From: Microgenomates group bacterium ADurb.Bin219
GTDB taxonomy: Bacteria; Patescibacteriota; Microgenomatia; UM-FILTER-40-11
DNA: 64,000 bases
Direction: 5' to 3'
Assembly: GCA_002069945.1 (NCBI GenBank)
Contig: MWCH01000004.1
Coordinates: 4,959-68,958 of the forward strand
Positions 20,214-28,041 of this stretch are shown here, piece after piece (the first letter of the stretch is position 1; each line of letters starts with the position of its first letter). A program made the translations under genes and the position numbers. The notes beneath the pieces were generated by a model. It was not told the origin of the DNA. It did no database searches and saw nothing but the letters and a program-made list of their open reading frames with translations.

Positions 20214-21737
20214 TTATTTAAACTCCAATAACTTACCGAAATATTTCAAAGCCTGAAAACCAACGTATTTGACTCCATCAATCGTCCTTAATTGGCTAAG
20301 AGTATTAATTATAAATCTCGGCGTCCAAATTGAACGGTTGTAAAGACCGCGTACTGCTGCCATTAAATCACTCTCCTCTATTTTTGTTTTCATAATCGGC
20401 TCGCGCATATCGTAACGGTTCCAATCTGTCGTTTTTAAAAGATTATTTTTCCGGCAATATTCAAATAAAGGAGTTCCCGGATAAGGAATCACCACTGTCG
20501 CCTGAAGAGAATCCGCTAATCCTTTCTTAAAAAAATCGGAAGCTAAAGCAAGAGTCTTTTCAATATCATGCCGATTCTCCCAGGGATACCCAACCATCAC
20601 GGTTAGATGGGGCATTAAATCGGCTTTTTTTGCGTGTTTTAAAACCTGTTCAATCTGCCCAATTTTAAGATTTTTGTTAATTTTATCAAGGGTTCTTTGA
20701 TTTGCCGATTCCAGCCCGTAAAGAATAAAACGAAAACCGGCCTTGCCCATCAATCGGTAATCTTCCTCTTTTAATCCGGAATTAAAACGTTGGTTGCAAT
20801 TAAACCTTATCTTTTTGTGGTAACCCCGTTTAATCATTCCCAAACAAAATTCTCTTAGCCAATCTCCGACCGGAAAGCTGCCGCTGTCGTCCATAATCTC
20901 CCGAACTTGATATTTTTCAATTAACTCCCCAATCTCGTCTAAAGCCTTTTCAACTTTAACTGAACGGAAACAGGCCCCCGGAAATAGCGTTGTCCAGGAA
21001 CAAAAGGTGCATTTGCCCCACCAACAATCCCGCCCAAACATTGTATAAGCACCCGGCGCCCGGTAAAAATTGGAATTTTTGTATGCATAAAGCTCCCATC
21101 TTGTTAATTCCCTGTCAATCATCGGCAAACTGTTTAAATCATGATTTAGTTGAAATTTCCCTGTACTTGAATAATTTACACTTTTTATATTTTTTCTTTG
21201 TAATTTTTCCTTTTTAATTTTTAATTTTTCATTTTGACGGTACCAAATTCCGGGATCCAGTTTTTCCCCTTTTGAAAGATGATTGGCTATGCTTAAAAGC
21301 AGAAAATCGTAATCTCCACCGGTGATAATAAAATCAACCGGACAATTTTCCATAGATTCTTCCGGCAAAGCAGTTACATGGTCGCCCATCAAGATAGTGA
21401 TTGGAGGTTGGCAATTAGTAACTAGTGATTTGAGATCTCTAACAATTTTCCAATACTCTTTAATTACCGGAGTTTTGGATTCTAAGGCGATGATATCCGG
21501 CTTGATTTTTTTAATCTCCGCCAACCATTTTTCATAAGTCCATTTTTCCGCTAAGCCATCCAACCATTTAACTTCATAGCCATTTTTTTGCAATAAAGTT
21601 GCCGCCGAAGCCGGAATCACCGGATAAATAAAATAAGACAAAGGTCCGGAAGTAGTCCATTGGAATTGGCGATTTTGGGAAATTTGCGGTACTCCCTTTT
21701 TGGTATTTAACGGCGGATATCCAATAACAATTTTCAT
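20214..21737 (-). CDS. B12-binding radical SAM protein (second copy)
   Basis: N-terminal B12-binding-like domain (MKIVIGYPPL...IIALESKTP) and a Cys cluster CWWGKCTFCSW (Cx4CxxC) in a radical-SAM-sized body; distant paralog of 15667-17115. Confidence 0.6.
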   Translation of the reverse strand: MKIVIGYPPLNTKKGVPQISQNRQFQWTTSGPLSYFIYPVIPASAATLLQKNGYEVKWLDGLAEKWTYEKWLAEIKKIKPDIIALESKTPVIKEYWKIVRDLKSLVTNCQPPITILMGDHVTALPEESMENCPVDFIITGGDYDFLLLSIANHLSKGEKLDPGIWYRQNEKLKIKKEKLQRKNIKSVNYSSTGKFQLNHDLNSLPMIDRELTRWELYAYKNSNFYRAPGAYTMFGRDCWWGKCTFCSWTTLFPGACFRSVKVEKALDEIGELIEKYQVREIMDDSGSFPVGDWLREFCLGMIKRGYHKKIRFNCNQRFNSGLKEEDYRLMGKAGFRFILYGLESANQRTLDKINKNLKIGQIEQVLKHAKKADLMPHLTVMVGYPWENRHDIEKTLALASDFFKKGLADSLQATVVIPYPGTPLFEYCRKNNLLKTTDWNRYDMREPIMKTKIEESDLMAAVRGLYNRSIWTPRFIINTLSQLRTIDGVKYVGFQALKYFGKLLEFK

Positions 21738-21784
21738 AAACTTGAGTATAACATAACAAATGCCGGCGAAGAATAAATATTTTT

Positions 21785-22825
21785 CTATCCGCCAAGATAT
21801 TTTCTTTTAGCAAAATCAACCTTATGAGGATGAGTTTTAAGATCTTTTTGAAAAAAACCAAAAGGAAATAAAAATCCATAAGTTAGATGAGTAGCCAGAA
21901 TTGAAGCCATAACCAATATTAATAAATATAAATTTTTCTCTTTTAAAAAAACTTCTAAGCCGGAAAGAAATAAAAGTAAAAAGTAAAAAGTAAAAAGTAA
22001 AAAGTAAATAAAACGAATAGCTGGGGAAAAAAAAGAAAATATTCCCCCGATGATTAACCCATAAACACCGATGCTGGGCAAAAAATAACCGATCCTAAAT
22101 GATGTCTCGGGAAATTTTTTGGCAAAAAAACCTCGACGGAGAGCATATCGGCTGATTTGTTTCAAATGAGATACTAAAACCGGCCGGCGATGGTGGTAAA
22201 CCAAGACTTTGGGATCATAAATAATTTTTTTGCCCAATTTCTTGGTTAAGTCCAAACAAAGTTTGGTATCTTCTCCAGGCCAATGATTAATATCAAAACC
22301 TCCTATTTCTTCAAAATCTTTTTTTCTGACCAAAAGATTGACAGAGGGAAAATCGTCAACTTCCCTTCGGGACATAATTCGATTTCGATAAACTCCGGCG
22401 CCACCGCTGCCCAAATAGGATGCCCAAACCCAACCGGATGCCTTTTGGTAGACATTGTCTGTCGGAGGCGTTAGGGTCGGACCACAGACGGCAGCGATTG
22501 GTGATTGGTGATTGGCGATTGGTGATTGGAAAATTTCAAATGCGTTTTTTAGCCAATTTTTAGAGGGATAAGAATCGTCGTCAAGAAAGGCTAAAATTTC
22601 TCCCTTGGCCATTTTAGCCCCCAAATTTCTTTTATAAGCCGGCGTTGGCTTGCCGCTGGCAATTACTTTTGTTCCGGCCAGTTTTTCCTGCTTATCGGTA
22701 ATAATGATTATTTCAAATCTGTTTTCTGATTGATTTAAAAGATACCTAACGGTTTCTTTAACGTAAGGGGTTATCGTTCTGACAGGAATAATAATAGAAG
22801 CCAGTATCTTCTCCTGTTTTTTCAT
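21785..22825 (-). CDS. GT2 glycosyltransferase with C-terminal TM helices (candidate polyprenyl-phosphate sugar synthase, ArnC/GtrB/DPM-like architecture)
   Basis: ASIIIPVRTITPYVKETVRYL...FEIIIITD, DxD (LDDDS), GED catalytic motif (HWPGEDTKL), then two or three C-terminal TM helices. The gene contains two heptanucleotide tandem repeat tracts (see repeats). Confidence 0.6.
   Translation of the reverse strand: MKKQEKILASIIIPVRTITPYVKETVRYLLNQSENRFEIIIITDKQEKLAGTKVIASGKPTPAYKRNLGAKMAKGEILAFLDDDSYPSKNWLKNAFEIFQSPIANHQSPIAAVCGPTLTPPTDNVYQKASGWVWASYLGSGGAGVYRNRIMSRREVDDFPSVNLLVRKKDFEEIGGFDINHWPGEDTKLCLDLTKKLGKKIIYDPKVLVYHHRRPVLVSHLKQISRYALRRGFFAKKFPETSFRIGYFLPSIGVYGLIIGGIFSFFSPAIRFIYFLLFTFYFLLLFLSGLEVFLKEKNLYLLILVMASILATHLTYGFLFPFGFFQKDLKTHPHKVDFAKRKYLGG
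21971..22004 (-). repeat. heptanucleotide tandem repeat (TAAAAAG)x4 preceded by TAAAAG, inside the GT2 ORF 21785-22825
   Basis: Plus strand taaaag taaaaag taaaaag taaaaag taaaaag; encodes part of a C-terminal TM helix (IYFLLFTFYFLLLF). Confidence 0.6.
22495..22529 (-). repeat. heptanucleotide-periodic tandem repeat (YGATTGG)x5, equal to a 21-nt protein-level repeat QSPIANH-QSPIA, inside the GT2 ORF 21785-22825
   Basis: Plus strand cgattgg tgattgg tgattgg cgattgg tgattgg; in the coding frame TTC CAA TCA CCA ATC GCC AAT CAC CAA TCA CCA ATC GCT. Confidence 0.6.
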
Positions 22826-23610
22826 TTTTTAAAAATTAGCCTCGGATCGGAATACCATCTTTTTTTGTTTTTATCGTCATAATAGTGTAAAAAATTAAGT
22901 CTATAGATAATGGCGAGTGTATCAATAAAAGCATTAAGCATCCACTTCGGAGTTCCGGCGTGAGTTAAATCAGTAAAATTATAATTCAATTTTATCGGTG
23001 CTTCATAAATCTTTTTAAAGCCAAGATGGTTAGCTACCGCCAACATTTCTAAATCAAAAGCATACCTTTTAACCGCCAAGCGCGGCAAAACAGCTTCTAG
23101 AACTCGCCTCTTGTAAATCTTTAAACCGGCTTGAGTATCACGAACGTTAAGGCCGGTAAAAAAACGAACAAAAAGCTGGTAGAGCCAACTGATAATCTTT
23201 CGGCTTCTTGGGTAATTAACTTGTGAAGCAGGATGTCTTTTCGACCCGACAATAATATCCGCGTTATACCACTCCATGTGTTCCAAAATCATACTGATAC
23301 CGTTCGGGTCAATCTCCATCCCGGCGTCAATAAAAGCAATCAGATCTCCCCTTGTCCTCGCCATGCCGTAACGAACAGCATAACCCTTGCCTCGATTTTT
23401 TTTATAACTAATTACCTTAACCTTTTTTGATTTAATTTTTTTCGCTTCTTCATAAGTCCGATCTTCTCTGCCGTCAACCACAACAACAATTTCATAATCA
23501 TATCTAATCCTATCTAAAACTTCTATCACTCTTTCAATATCTTGAGTTATTGTTTTCTCTTTAAGATAGGCAGGAATTACAACGGAAAGAAAATGAATAT
23601 GATTTTTCAT
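22822..23610 (-). CDS. GT2 family glycosyltransferase (soluble, DPM1/polyprenol-P-sugar-synthase-like)
   Basis: LSVVIPAYLKEKTITQDIERV...YEIVVVVDGREDRT, DxD (FIDAGME). I prefer the internal start (MKNHIHF...) because its ATG overlaps the mtnP stop as ATGA; the ORF-track start is 23643. Confidence 0.6.
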   Translation of the reverse strand: MKNHIHFLSVVIPAYLKEKTITQDIERVIEVLDRIRYDYEIVVVVDGREDRTYEEAKKIKSKKVKVISYKKNRGKGYAVRYGMARTRGDLIAFIDAGMEIDPNGISMILEHMEWYNADIIVGSKRHPASQVNYPRSRKIISWLYQLFVRFFTGLNVRDTQAGLKIYKRRVLEAVLPRLAVKRYAFDLEMLAVANHLGFKKIYEAPIKLNYNFTDLTHAGTPKWMLNAFIDTLAIIYRLNFLHYYDDKNKKRWYSDPRLIFKK

Positions 23611-24410
23611 CAAAATTGAGCACCAATAAGCGCTTTTTGACAATTACAAACCGATTCTAACGGCCAATTTTTAATCATCTCTAAAATAATCTTTTTTGTC
23701 TTCACTATATTTTTTTTGAACTCGTTAATAATTGTTTCAACCGAGACCGCTTTAACTTTACCGCTGGCAACCAAGCCAGCGTCATAATCGGTAACTACTG
23801 CAATTCCGCAATAACAAATTTCTTTTTCTCTTGCCAAAACTACCTCGGGGTATTCGGTCATATTTATAGTCTCCCAACCCATATTTGTATACCACGATGA
23901 CTCAGCAGCGGTAGAAAAACGCGGTCCTTGAATAATAACCACTGTTCCTTTGGGATGAAAAGGCAATTTTAATATTTCGGCCGTTTCAATCGCTAATTTT
24001 CTCAACTGGGGACAATACGGAAAAGCGGTTGAAACATGAGTCGCAACCGGACCATCATAATAGGTATCAATTCTTCCTTTGGTTCTGTCCACAAATTGGT
24101 CCAAAATCACAAAATCTCCCGGCTTGATTTTCTTTTGCAACGACCCAACCGCGTGAGAAGTAATTATTCTCCTTACCCCTAATTCTTTTAATGCCCAAAT
24201 GTTAGCTCGGTAGTTAATTTGATGAGGAGGAATATTGTGAGTCTTTCCGTGTCTTGGCAAAAACGCCACTTTTCTTCCGGCGATTTCTCCCAAAGCGATC
24301 TGATCGGAAGGCGAACCGTAAGGAGTTTCAATCTTTACTTCCTTTAAATTTGACGCCAAATCATAAAATCCCGATCCTCCGATTATCCCGATTTCCGCCT
24401 TATTATCCAT
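23610..24410 (-). CDS. mtnP: S-methyl-5'-thioadenosine phosphorylase (MTAP-type purine nucleoside phosphorylase)
   Basis: N-terminus KAEIGIIGGSGFYDL..., 266 aa, PNP/MTAP family pattern (GVRRIITSHAVGSL, TVVIIQGPRFST..ES). Confidence 0.8.
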   Translation of the reverse strand: MDNKAEIGIIGGSGFYDLASNLKEVKIETPYGSPSDQIALGEIAGRKVAFLPRHGKTHNIPPHQINYRANIWALKELGVRRIITSHAVGSLQKKIKPGDFVILDQFVDRTKGRIDTYYDGPVATHVSTAFPYCPQLRKLAIETAEILKLPFHPKGTVVIIQGPRFSTAAESSWYTNMGWETINMTEYPEVVLAREKEICYCGIAVVTDYDAGLVASGKVKAVSVETIINEFKKNIVKTKKIILEMIKNWPLESVCNCQKALIGAQF

Positions 24411-24439
24411 AATCCGTTAATTCTTTAATATTTTAATCT

Positions 24440-24480
24440 TTTAATTCGCCTGTCCCTCCGAAGCCCCGAAGGGGCGAAGG
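24440..24480 (-). promoter_or_regulatory. GC-rich hairpin island between apt and mtnP
   Basis: CCTCCGAAGCCCCGAAGGGGCGAAGGGG is about 70% GC in a ~30% GC context. It contains the perfect hairpin GCCCC-GAA-GGGGC (5-bp G/C stem) and a tandem CGAAGGGG x2; no U-tract follows on the coding (minus) strand. Confidence 0.3.
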
Positions 24481-24489
24481 GGAATTAAA

Positions 24490-25023
24490 TTACTTATAGT
24501 TTACCAATGTAAATAATTTATATTTCTTTAACCTTTCCCTCCCGTGAAGATAATCCAAAATGATCAAAAAAGCCGCTCCTATTACTTTTCCTCCCAACTT
24601 CTCCACTAATTTAGCGGTCGCTTCCATCGTCCCTCCTGTCGCCAAAACATCATCAACCAACAAAACTTTCTCATTCTTTTGAATTGAATCCCGATGAATT
24701 TCCAAGATTGACTTTCCGTATTCCAAATCGTATTCAACCGATTCGGTTTTATAAGGAAGCTTTCCTTTTTTCCTGACCATAACCATCCCGGCGCCCAATC
24801 GATTGGCCAAAATTCCCGCCAGAATAAATCCCCGGGCATCAACTCCGACAACCTTATCTATTTTTAAACCTTTTAATTTCTTAAGAAGCTCATTAATCGC
24901 TTCCTTAAACATTAATTTATCTTCCAAAAGCGGGCAAATATCCCTGAAAACGACACCTTTCTGGGGAAAATCAGGAATATCTCTAATCTTACTTTTAAAG
25001 TCCATCATAACAATATAAAACAT
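24490..25023 (-). CDS. apt: adenine phosphoribosyltransferase
   Basis: 177 aa with VVGVDARGFILAGILANRLGAGMVMVRKKGKLP and the PRPP-binding motif VLLVDDVLATGGT. Confidence 0.85.
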   Translation of the reverse strand: MFYIVMMDFKSKIRDIPDFPQKGVVFRDICPLLEDKLMFKEAINELLKKLKGLKIDKVVGVDARGFILAGILANRLGAGMVMVRKKGKLPYKTESVEYDLEYGKSILEIHRDSIQKNEKVLLVDDVLATGGTMEATAKLVEKLGGKVIGAAFLIILDYLHGRERLKKYKLFTLVNYK

Positions 25024-25044
25024 TAAGATTAAAAAATAAAATAT

Positions 25045-26205
25045 TTAAGCTATCCAATATCCGTTTAAAAAGAAAGCAATTGAAACCAACCATAAAATTC
25101 CGCATAAAATTATTAAAGAATTGCTGACAACTTTATCCTTAATCAACCCTAATAAAATAAAGCAAGGAAACAAAGATAAAGCAAATCTGGGCATTGATAA
25201 AAATGTCCCGGACAATGTCGGAATTAAGTAGGCCAAAAAGGAAAAAATTAAATAAGAGCTTCTTACCCCATTTTTGTAAGCCAAAAACAACAACGTCAGA
25301 AATCCAACGGCAGTCAATAATTCCAACCAAACGGCAAAATATAAAGGATCCCATTTGGTCGTAAAGATCATTTTCAGATAACGCCAAAAAACCTGATAAA
25401 TCAAAATTATTTTGCCTCCCGACCTTTCTGCGCCAAAAAAAGGTTGGACATGCAAAAACATCAATGGATCTTGATAATTTTTCCATAAAAAATGCATATA
25501 ACCAAGAAGCCCGAGAGGAACAACAAATAAAGGAATCAAATTTTTAATTTTTAATTTTAAATTTTTAATTTTATTTTGTTGCCACCATTCCCAAATCAAA
25601 GCCGGAAAAAGACAGACGCCGACAATTCTGGTATTTGAGGCAAGGGCTCCAAAAATTCCCGCCCAAAACCATTTCTCCTTTCTGGCCGAATAAAAACTGG
25701 CCAAAACGAAAAACAAAAAAAGACTTTCCGTGTAAACCATCCCCAAAAAAAACGATGCCGGAAAAACGAGATAAAAAATCAAGGATCGAAAAGCAGATTT
25801 TGAATCATAATCTATCCGGGTTAATTTATAGAAAAACCATAAAGCTCCCAACATCGCCAAATTGGAAATAAAAACGGCAGCCACCAAGTCTTTTCCGCCG
25901 AAAACAGGAGCTAACAACCTAATTAGATTCGGATAAAGAGGAAAAAAAGCCTGCTCATAAAGGCCGTAACCATTTCTGGCAATCTCCAAATAATGAACGC
26001 CATCGAAATTCGCCCTCGGCCACAGTAATTTTGGATTAGACATCCTTGGGCCGTCGTTATACATAAAGCGCAACCGAGGAGCTATCATCCTGCCGGAAAT
26101 CAAAGCAACCACCAAAACAATTACCTGCCAAAAAAGAAACAACCGAATAATAGCCACTAGACTATTTTTATCGTTATCGGTTATGTTTTTCCAAAACTTT
26201 TTCAT
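25045..26205 (-). CDS. GT-C family mannosyltransferase, PIG-V/GT76-like
   Basis: 386 aa, polytopic. N-terminal loop FDGVHYLEIARNGYGLYEQAFFPLYP matches the PIG-V family signature (FDS.HY..IA..GY..E...AFFPL.P). Confidence 0.5.
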   Translation of the reverse strand: MKKFWKNITDNDKNSLVAIIRLFLFWQVIVLVVALISGRMIAPRLRFMYNDGPRMSNPKLLWPRANFDGVHYLEIARNGYGLYEQAFFPLYPNLIRLLAPVFGGKDLVAAVFISNLAMLGALWFFYKLTRIDYDSKSAFRSLIFYLVFPASFFLGMVYTESLFLFFVLASFYSARKEKWFWAGIFGALASNTRIVGVCLFPALIWEWWQQNKIKNLKLKIKNLIPLFVVPLGLLGYMHFLWKNYQDPLMFLHVQPFFGAERSGGKIILIYQVFWRYLKMIFTTKWDPLYFAVWLELLTAVGFLTLLFLAYKNGVRSSYLIFSFLAYLIPTLSGTFLSMPRFALSLFPCFILLGLIKDKVVSNSLIILCGILWLVSIAFFLNGYWIA

Positions 26206-27238
26206 AGACTTTTATTGTTTCCCGAGCTGTTTTCTGCCAGGAAAACTTTTTAACTTGTGTAAAGCCGGCCTTTATAATTTTATCTCTAAATTCTTGGTCT
26301 TCAATTGTTTTCTTTATTCCTTCGGCTATATTCTCAATCGAATCGGGGTTAACCAAAGTTGCCGCTTTACCGGCAACTTCCGGAAACGATGAAGTCTCGG
26401 AAGCAACGACTGGACAACCGCATCCCATCGCTTCTAAAACCTGCATTCCAAAGCCTTCATAAAACGAAGGCTGACAATAACATGCCGCCAAAGAATAAAG
26501 ACCGGCTAATTCTTCTTCTTTAACAAAACCCAATCGGAAAACATCCTTGCTCTCATCAACCAACTTAAGAAAGTCAATCAAGGGTTTATTCTCAATGTTC
26601 CCTCGGTCAAAATTTTCGCTGACTGCCTGTTTGCCGACTACCGCTAAAGAGATCCCGATTTTACGGCAAGCCTTAACCAAACCGGGCAAGTTTTTATTAT
26701 AATTGACATCTCCTACATACAAAACGAATTTTCCCGGCAAAAGATATTTTCTTTTGATCGCCTCCAAGGTTTTAAAATCCGTTATCTTTTTCAATTCGTT
26801 CCCGGCGGCCAAAGGAACGACATCAATTCTATCTTCCGGATAATTCAAAAAATGAACAATATCCTTTTTTGAATTTTGGGAATCGGTAATTACTCTTTTA
26901 ACTCCTTTTAAAGAAAATTTTTGTATTTGATATTTGAGACTGCCCTTCAATCCCGGCGGATAATTCTCGGGAAAAACCAACGGCGTGCAATCATGAATTG
27001 TTACTATTGTCGGCTTAGCTTTTAATAACGGTAGGCTTAAAAAAAAGAAATCAAAGAAAGGATGATGAACCAAATCGCTTTCTGATGGGATATTGTTCCC
27101 TTCAAACTCAACTAGCGAAAAACCGGCAAAACTATTTTTCTTTAACGCTTCCGTCAGCCTCCGTGTATATATCCCGACTCCTCGGAATTGGTGGCCGGTC
27201 TTTAACCCGGAAACGTCAACGGCAACCCTCATTTCCAT
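26174..27238 (-). CDS. GT4 family (GT-B) glycosyltransferase
   Basis: C-terminal EGFGMQVLEAMGCGCPVVASETSSFPEVAG (E-x7-E region) and an N-terminal acceptor domain (VDVSGL...GVGIYTRRL). Confidence 0.7.
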   Translation of the reverse strand: MEMRVAVDVSGLKTGHQFRGVGIYTRRLTEALKKNSFAGFSLVEFEGNNIPSESDLVHHPFFDFFFLSLPLLKAKPTIVTIHDCTPLVFPENYPPGLKGSLKYQIQKFSLKGVKRVITDSQNSKKDIVHFLNYPEDRIDVVPLAAGNELKKITDFKTLEAIKRKYLLPGKFVLYVGDVNYNKNLPGLVKACRKIGISLAVVGKQAVSENFDRGNIENKPLIDFLKLVDESKDVFRLGFVKEEELAGLYSLAACYCQPSFYEGFGMQVLEAMGCGCPVVASETSSFPEVAGKAATLVNPDSIENIAEGIKKTIEDQEFRDKIIKAGFTQVKKFSWQKTARETIKVYEKVLEKHNR

Positions 27239-28041
27239 TCCTCCTCAATATTGTCCGTGCCGTAAATTTTCATTTTGAGATATTTTAAAAACGCCCACTG
27301 GAAATGGAAGCCTGAAAAAAAAGCAAAAACAAATCCCTGCCAGGAATCAACAAACCCTTTATGAAAAATATAAATATTTAAAAAGGTAAAAAGCGGTTTA
27401 ATCAATAAATATTTAAGCCAATTGAGAGGATTAAATAAGTTTAAATTATCTTTAAATAATTTTTCCGCTTCCAAGGAAGAATAACGGTTTTCCCTCAGCC
27501 AATAACGGGAAAATTTTGGGGTAGCCCAGTGCAATAAATCATTCTCAAGCCAACCGATCTTTCCCTCAACTTTCATTTGCTCATGAACGCTTTTCTCCGG
27601 TAATCGGGCCTTGCCCTTTTTGAATAATCTGATTACCGGATCCGGATATTGTCCCCCTTTTGTCAGATAGCGCCCTAAAAAATAATTTTTTCTTTTAAGC
27701 CAATAGGCATTGGGCAAGTGATTGAAATTGCTAACGATTTGCTTAATTTCCCTGGCCAATTCAGGAGAAACGATTTCGTCTGCATCCAACTGAAGAATCC
27801 ATTTACCATGGCAATTATCGATTGCCAAATTTTTATTGGTATGAAACATTGGTTTATTGGAAGTGGCGATAACTATTGCTCCCAGCTTTTCGGCAATATC
27901 TTTAGTTTTGTCTGTTGAACTGCCATCAACAACAACCACTTCGTCCGCCAGCCGGCGGACCGAATCCAAACATCTCTTGATATTTTCTTCCTCGTTAAAG
28001 GTGGCTACGGCTACAGATAAATTTAGTTTGTCTTTAATCAT
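27229..28041 (-). CDS. GT2 family glycosyltransferase (paralog of 55351-56190 and 62395-63276)
   Basis: LSVAVATFNEEENIKRCLDSVRRLADEVVVVDGSSTDKTKDIAEKLGA, DxD (QLDADE). Confidence 0.7.
   Translation of the reverse strand: MIKDKLNLSVAVATFNEEENIKRCLDSVRRLADEVVVVDGSSTDKTKDIAEKLGAIVIATSNKPMFHTNKNLAIDNCHGKWILQLDADEIVSPELAREIKQIVSNFNHLPNAYWLKRKNYFLGRYLTKGGQYPDPVIRLFKKGKARLPEKSVHEQMKVEGKIGWLENDLLHWATPKFSRYWLRENRYSSLEAEKLFKDNLNLFNPLNWLKYLLIKPLFTFLNIYIFHKGFVDSWQGFVFAFFSGFHFQWAFLKYLKMKIYGTDNIEEEWK

Noticed and set aside
25541-25575. Imperfect heptamer-ish tract (TTTTTAA/TTTTAAA)x5 inside the PIG-V-like gene, and a similar tract near 21200-21235 in the radical-SAM gene
   Set aside because: The units are imperfect and encode Lys/Ile/Asn-rich loops (KIKNLKLKIKNL), which is typical for an AT-rich genome. 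They are much less regular than the tracts in 21785-22825, so I treat them as compositional.
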